Positions 55,646-64,000 of a DNA stretch of 64,000 bases are shown here, piece by piece. Every line of letters starts with the position of its first letter. Position 1 is the stretch's first letter. The translations under genes were made by a program, and so were the position numbers. Source of the stretch: the human T2T-CHM13v2.0 reference genome, Homo sapiens; assembly GCF_009914755.1 (NCBI RefSeq), contig NC_060936.1; one strand, 5' to 3'. The notes below the pieces were generated by a model. The model searched no databases. It saw only the letters and a program-made list of their open reading frames with translations, and was not told the DNA's origin.

Positions 55646-57990
55646 CAGTATAAAGCAAGGGCTTGGCATAAAAAACAAAAAAAAATGTTTCCTGCCCCAG
55701 AGGAGCTCAAGGTGCAAGGAAGGAAACTGTTATTACAGTGTGACGAGTGCTGTGAGATAGAGTTCAGCCCAGGAGCTGCCACACGGACACAGAGATGAAG
55801 CTGGTGGTCCAGTTTTCCAGGTGCTGTTGGTTCACAGTTCCTAACCTCATTTCCCTGTGGTGTCACCTGTCTCATGCCACATCACTGCCTCTGCATCTTT
55901 TGTGAAATGAGCATACCTGTCCATGCCAAACTGCCTTCTTGGTGCGTGGTGGAGTGTAAATGGGTATATTCAAGCAACCAGGTTTTCCTTAAATTCTCTC
56001 GCTAAACACGCTTCAAACTCTAAATGTAAACAAGGGAATGGACATGATTATAATGATACATGGAATTTAAGTTTATCTTCATTTTAGGGTTTAGTATGGA
56101 TCAATATATTGAATGAATTGGCTGTCACTATGTGTAGCTATCCACACAAAGACTATCCACTGAATTTACCTTGACCAAATTCCAACACTAACCATTTAGG
56201 TAAGAATATGGTTCCACATCTAGAATTCAGAATTTTATTTAAAGCTTAACATTCTTTTTCTCAGGATCTGGCCAACAATGCAGTATTACTAAATAATAGT
56301 TTTTTTCTGGATAACTATGGTAAGAATTATCTGTGGTCATTCTGGTAACCGAGTTTTATCTATTTGGGGAAGGATTTTTGTGTGTATAGCAGAGATAAAC
56401 ATTAATGGATTTCTATTCCAGAAGTAGGACTTACAAAATAACACAATGAATACCTGAACCCTGTAATATTAAAAATATATCTCTGGCATTGGAATACAAT
56501 GCTTTGAAGTAACTCATTAATGTTCATTTATTTACTGGAGCAGTCTTTTTTTTTATGTGTCCCAGTCTCACTCTGTTGCCCAGGCTGGAGTGCAGTGGTA
56601 TGATCACAGCTCACTGCAGCCCTGACTTCCCGGGCTCAAGCCATCCTCATACCTCAGCCTCCGAGTAGGTGGGACTACCTACTCTGTAGTAGGTAGTCCG
56701 AGTAGGTGGGACCACCATGCCTAGCTAATTTTTCTATTTTTTGTAGAGACAGGGTTTCTCCATGTTGCCCAGGCTGGCCTCGAACATCTGGGCTCAAGCA
56801 ATCAGCTGGCCTCAGCCTCCCAAAGTGCTGGGATTTCAAGCATGAGCCACCGCGCCCAGCCTCTGGACCACTCTTTTAAACAAAATATTTAAGTCCTGAG
56901 ATACACATTTTAATTTGTAATTTTGCTCTGGTACATTGGAGTGGTAATTTAGCCACGCCTACTGATGAAATCTGACATTTGAGGAAAGGGGACAAAACTT
57001 GAAGAGGCTCAAAGGCATCCGGAGAAGACAAGAAAGAGAAGGAAACAGAGAAGACAATAGGGAATGTCAGTTTTCACGAAACACAATTTATAATTCGGTT
57101 GCATTTTACACATACTCACAAGAATGCACATTGAACCACCTCTGTCCTGCCCCCTTCCTTCTCCAAAGCAGATGGAAATGAGGTGGCCGACTGGGAAGGT
57201 TGCCATGGTGCACTGGCTACAGGGATTCAATTGTAATCAAAAGAGGCTCCAGAGTCCCTTCCCCCAACCTTCCAAATGTGGGTTTCTCTCTTTTCTCTCA
57301 AATCTCTGTCTTAATTCCATGCTGTAGATAAACCAGAATGAGAATGATTTACTAGTGAACAAAAAACCATTTATTGCCTCCAAAAGTTTACAGATGCATT
57401 GATCTTGTCAGATACAAAACACTGAGGAATTAGAACTGGTTCATTTTTAGATACAGCTTGTCACACAAAAGTCAGAATTCACTTTTAAAATGTCTTATAC
57501 ATCACACCTCCATCTTTAAGACTTATATTTCTTACTGATTTTATCCCCAGATAACCTGCACACATCTCAAATTCAATATATCTAAATGGAATTTGTTATT
57601 TTTCTCCATCTCTCTCCTTGTATTTTATATTCTCAGTGATCCTGTATTCTTAATATTAGTTCATTGTCACCATCTTTCTGGTCTGCAAAGCTAGATTAAA
57701 ATAACCTCGGCTGGACACAGTGGCTCATGCCTGTAATCCCAGCACTTTGGGAGGCCGAGGTGGGTTGATCACTTGAGGTCAGGTATTCAAGACCAGCCTG
57801 GCCAACATGGTGAAACCTCATTTCTACAAAAAATACAAAAATTAGCCCAGTGTGGTGGCTCACACCTATGATCCCTGCTATTAGGGAGGCTGAGGCATGA
57901 GAATCACTTCAACCTGGAAGGCGGAGGTTGCTATGACCTGACATCGCACCACTGCACTCCAGCCTGGGTGACAGAGTAAGACTCTGTCTC

Positions 57991-57997
57991 AAAAAAA

Positions 57998-58046
<49 letters not shown>
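57991..58046. repeat. A-tail followed by (TA)n microsatellite
   Basis: Poly(A) of the Alu at 57709 expands into an (AT)n run. Confidence 0.9.
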
Positions 58047-58052
<6 letters not shown>

Positions 58053-58141
58053 AATAATAATAATAACCTCATATAACACTGTGTTCCAGGCACTATTCTA
58101 AGTACTTTAATTCATTTAAGTTAATCCTAACTGATCACTAA

Positions 58142-58455
<314 letters not shown>

Positions 58456-58676
58456 TGATCCACCCACCTCAGCCTCCCAAAGTGCTGGGATTACAGGCGT
58501 GAGCCACCACGCCCAGCCTTGACCAGTCTTATTAGCCAAAGGGCCTACATCAAGGGGAGGACGTGGCAGAATATTTAGGTTGGGCTTTGAACCTCCCTCT
58601 TCAAGTGTTACAGGCATAAATCTAAGACTAAAATAGAAGATACCCCCCTATAACATGTTGGAATGATCATGTACAC

Positions 58677-58790
58677 CAGTGTTTCCTAAATGTGCTGAAG
58701 TAATTGGGGTGCTGGTTAAAATATGGATCCCCAGTTCCTCCACCAGAGAGTCTGATTCAGTAGGTCTAATTCAGTAAATAATACTCTCCT
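58677..58790. mobile_element. MER5-like hAT-Charlie fragment
   Basis: cagtgtttcctaaa..ggggtgctggttaaaat..ccccag..ccagagagtctgattcagtaggtct. Confidence 0.6.
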
Positions 58791-60611
58791 AGAATTAATA
58801 ATTTATCATTTTTGAGCTAAACAATTTTAGTGTGCTTGATGTGGTTCAGCTATTTCTAAATTCTGATATCCGCTCGATAAATTTACTGAAAATTACTTTA
58901 TTTATGGTTGTTAACCCTAAAGACACAACTCCTAGTGAAGCCTAGCCTCAAAGAGCATTTTAAGAAATGTCTCTCCATATTCCCTTTTTAAAATATTTTT
59001 TCTTTTTTTTTTTTTTAAACTTCTCTGGAGATAATGCTGGATCCACCTTCCTTTAGATTTAGAAATCAATTATGCACAGGCAAAAGAGAACTTAGAAAAA
59101 GCTGCCTAGCTTTTTCTTCATCTGCCTAGCCTAAAAGATCATTTAGCAAACATTTCTCCATTTCCCTGTGGATGTAAACTTTGATTATACATGTGTAGAA
59201 GAGAAAGGCTTAGAGAACGCTGTGGGTTTTTTCCTTCATCTGCTTATGTGAACAGCAATCTGTTGTTCTAGTACTGTCTACAGATTATAAGAGATGTAGA
59301 GTTTCACTCAAGATAGCATAGCCTGAAATAAGTCCCTTATATGGCAAGACTATTTATGGATTTAGTATATTTTAATAAATAAGCCCACTATTAATCTTTT
59401 TAAAATGATTTCAGTATTTTTAGATTTGTAAGAGCGACTTCACTCTCACCCCCATGTTACTAAGCAACGTATTATACAGTTGCTAGGAGACAGACTAGCA
59501 AGGTTGGGGGTATTTCAAATTTCCGTTGTCACCTTGCCTATCACATGACTATACCCTAGAGAGTTTTACAGCCTTAGAGAAAAGAGAAAAAAGTTAATGG
59601 CACATAGAAAAGAAGGAAAGAGAGATGAGGTTGAGGAATAAAGGAATAGAATAAGGAAAATTGCAAGGTATTTGAGAAGAGTCTGTGAACTTGGCAGGGA
59701 AAGGCTATTATGCAATTTCCTTGAATGAGTCATGGAAAAACCTTAAATTGCCAGTGCTGTATTTCATATTCTGTATGCTTCTACCTTTTCTAAAAACAAA
59801 ATAGAGAATAAGCTTGGAGAAGAAGATCTTTCAGATAGTTTTTCTGAATATTTTCAGAAGAGTGGAAATCAATTATAACTCTTACAGAAGACAGGTATTT
59901 ACAAATGAGTTTTTCAAAGTCACACATAATTTAAAATCCCCAAGTCAGATAAACAGCTTATTTCCTTCTATTTCTCCCTCAAAATAGTAAAAAAATGACA
60001 GTACTGAGAGGAAGGTTAGAATACAAGTGTTCTTAGACAAATTGAGCAGCAAGATGGTCATATAGGCTCTTGGGCAGTATGTGTTTCTGCACACAATTTA
60101 AAAAATTTAATACAAAGGAGAGAGAGAAGAAGCCTTTGTACTGTATCTCAAGGACTCTGTATCTGAAATAAGAAACCAGGCTCCAGGTCTCATTGTGTGT
60201 ATGTGAAAAGTTGAGTCTTTGTGTCATTGTGTCTTCATGGTATTTACTGTTGCTAGCAACCAGGAAGCTCCCTAGTGATTGTCGCTAGGTCCTCCATGCC
60301 TCTGTCTGCCTGAAACCTTAGTCAGTGCCAGAAACACCAGAGATAAAAATCGTTGCAAAAAATCCAGCGCACATCATCCCCAGTGGTTTTATAGAAGACG
60401 GTTCATCTTGTGTTCAGTGAAAATCTGTGTAAAATGGAGGCTTCACACAGAGCTCATCCTCAGCTTCTTCTTCATCAATGCCAATCTTTCCGTGCAGAGC
60501 AGAGTGGACATTGTGATGGTTTAATTAAAATAAGATTTATATCCTAGCGTCATCAGCTTTAACCAATAAAATAATAAATAAATAAATCAGACAGCCGGGC
60601 GCGGTGGCTCA

Positions 60612-60973
<362 letters not shown>

Positions 60974-61704
60974 CTAGTTCTAAGGCATCAACACTTGCTG
61001 ACAGCTTGAGATCACCTTTGTGTTCACAGAACCATGGTACAAATGATGATACTATTTCCACAGAAGAGTCTAGAATATTCCGATTAAAGATCCACATCAG
61101 TGTCATCCCCAGAAACGACTGAAATCATCTCTCAAAACTCAATTTTTTGGGTCTTACATGAACCCCAAGTCAATACAACTTACTTACACCATCCTGTACA
61201 AATATTTTGTTTCCTGTGTGTTTTCTACTCAGAGGTAGATAGTTACAGCTCTGAAATGGGAAAGAATTGCAAATCTGAGCTGAAATTTAGAAAAGATTAA
61301 TGTTGAGATGACATAAATATGTACTTCTTTCAGGTGCCTATACTCCAAAAGAGTATCTGAAGAGATATTTATTTATGTATGTATTGAGACTCTGTAGCCC
61401 ATGCTAGAGTGTAGTGGCACAATCAGGGCTCACTGCAGCCTCAACTTCCCGGGCTCAAGCAATCCTCCCACCTCAACACCCCTGAGTAGCTGGGACTACA
61501 GGCATGCACCACCACGCCCAGCAAATTTCTTGTATTTTTAGTAGAACTGGGGTTTCACCATGTTGCCCAGGCTAGTCTTAAACTCCTGGCCTCAAGCGAT
61601 CCTCCTGCCTCAGCCTCCCAAAGTGCTGGGGTTACAGGTGTGAGCCACCACGTCCAGCTGAGATATTTATTATTGTGATTACAGCACCTAATGAAGTCTA
61701 TAAG

Positions 61705-61795
61705 TAATACGGGAGTTAAGAAAAAATCACTTAGGCAGATAGTTAGGGTATGGGAGTACCCCAGGGTATATACCCCAGACAACATAGCCGCTTCA
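61705..61795 (+). mobile_element. Internally collapsed ERV1 (MER4-group-like) LTR, 91 bp
   Basis: LTR-like start taatacgggagttaagaaaaaatcacttaggcagatag joined to LTR-like end taccccagacaac..gccgcttca. Flanks TAAG/TAAA. Confidence 0.5.
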
Positions 61796-61799
61796 TAAA

Positions 61800-62201
<402 letters not shown>

Positions 62202-62306
62202 CTAAATAAATAAATTAATTAAAATAGTATGTCCAAGCAAGGTCTCTTACAGCTGATAAGTAACAAAATGAAAATGCAAACTTGTCTATCTGGCTTTAGT
62301 GTTTGA

Positions 62307-62615
<309 letters not shown>

Positions 62616-63398
62616 TGAGACTGGCCTATTATTATTATTTTTTTGAATAAACCGCTCAACATCCCTTAACCATTATTTTACATATTTTGTGTAACAGAGA
62701 AAGCTTTCTATATGGAATTAAATTGTGCAGTACAGTATTGTGTCAGGGTGAGGAACACAGGCTCTAGAGTCCCTCTGTCCCCTTACAGGATAATGGTGAC
62801 TCGGAATGCCTGCTCACTCTGGGGCTGGGCCTTCCCACAGGGCCCTACCTGGATGATCATCTAGAACTAACAATTCCCCATCCTTGGATTTCCTCAACTC
62901 TAGGTGCTTCAATCTGGAAGACCTCCATGGTGTCTTTAGATGGATAGTTCCCACTGGGCTCTGTGATGCCAGTCCAGTCGACCTGATAGTTCTTTTTCAG
63001 TGTGAGGCAAAAACTTGTCCCTAGAGCCTTCCTGCATTCATCTGATCTTCTCCCCTCCTTTTCTTATCTAATAAGAGCAGGAGATCCATTTTAGGGACCA
63101 TGTGTGGCCTGAATTCTAATTCTAATTCATTCTAATAAAGAATGTGTTTTTAGAAGAACTGTCTAGAGGACTGCAGCATTTCACATTCTTCAAGGCTTGG
63201 TTCAGTGCCTTGGAGCCATATTGTCTCAACATCTTCATTTCAGAAGAAAATCTTGGCTTTCCCTTTGCATAATCAAAAAATCCATTGCATTGGTATTCTT
63301 AGCACAAAGAAACATTTAATACATATTTTTTTTTTCCATTTTAAAATGCATTTCTTCTTACATACACACTGAGCACAAAACATGAAATAGTCACTTGC

Positions 63399-63938
<540 letters not shown>

Positions 63939-64000
63939 GGAGAGGAGTTCTTAAAGAGCAATGTGCCTGTAATCCCAGCTCCTCTGAAGGCTGACATGGG

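Noticed and set aside
62770-62950. Plus-strand acceptor-like ccccttacag followed by a 52-codon open frame
   Set aside because: No recognisable protein and no convincing donor. Cannot be supported without RNA data.

Overview
Primate (almost certainly human) genomic DNA, extremely Alu-rich: roughly 110 Alu copies or fragments counted by eye, about 88 of them in the first 42.8 kb. It holds one intact protein-coding gene, alpha-tubulin TUBA1A, on the minus strand. The CDS is ATG-only exon 1 (47161-47163), exon 2 (44793-45015), exon 3 (44492-44640) and exon 4 (43192-44172), 1356 nt = 451 aa plus stop. There is a second ATG-only first exon at 46601-46603, a TATA/CCAAT/GC-box CpG-island promoter and an AATAAA at 42998-43003. 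The rest is layered transposon debris: Tigger1, old L1 and L2, nested ERV1 solo LTRs, and MER21, MLT1, MER4, MER63, MER5 and MIR-like pieces. Most ORFs in the supplied track are Alu translation artefacts. I see no new gene system. The best leads are: (1) a cluster of RFX X-box-like motifs with forkhead sites in Alu-free DNA upstream of TUBA1A; (2) first-exon and splice architecture that could add or remove the MREC autoregulatory tag; (3) a duplicated (UG)n cassette in intron 1; (4) two tiny non-Alu poly(A) retroinsertions with target-site duplications (TSDs); (5) several templated fold-back repair scars. Repeat subfamily names come from recalled consensus sequences and need a RepeatMasker/Dfam check.
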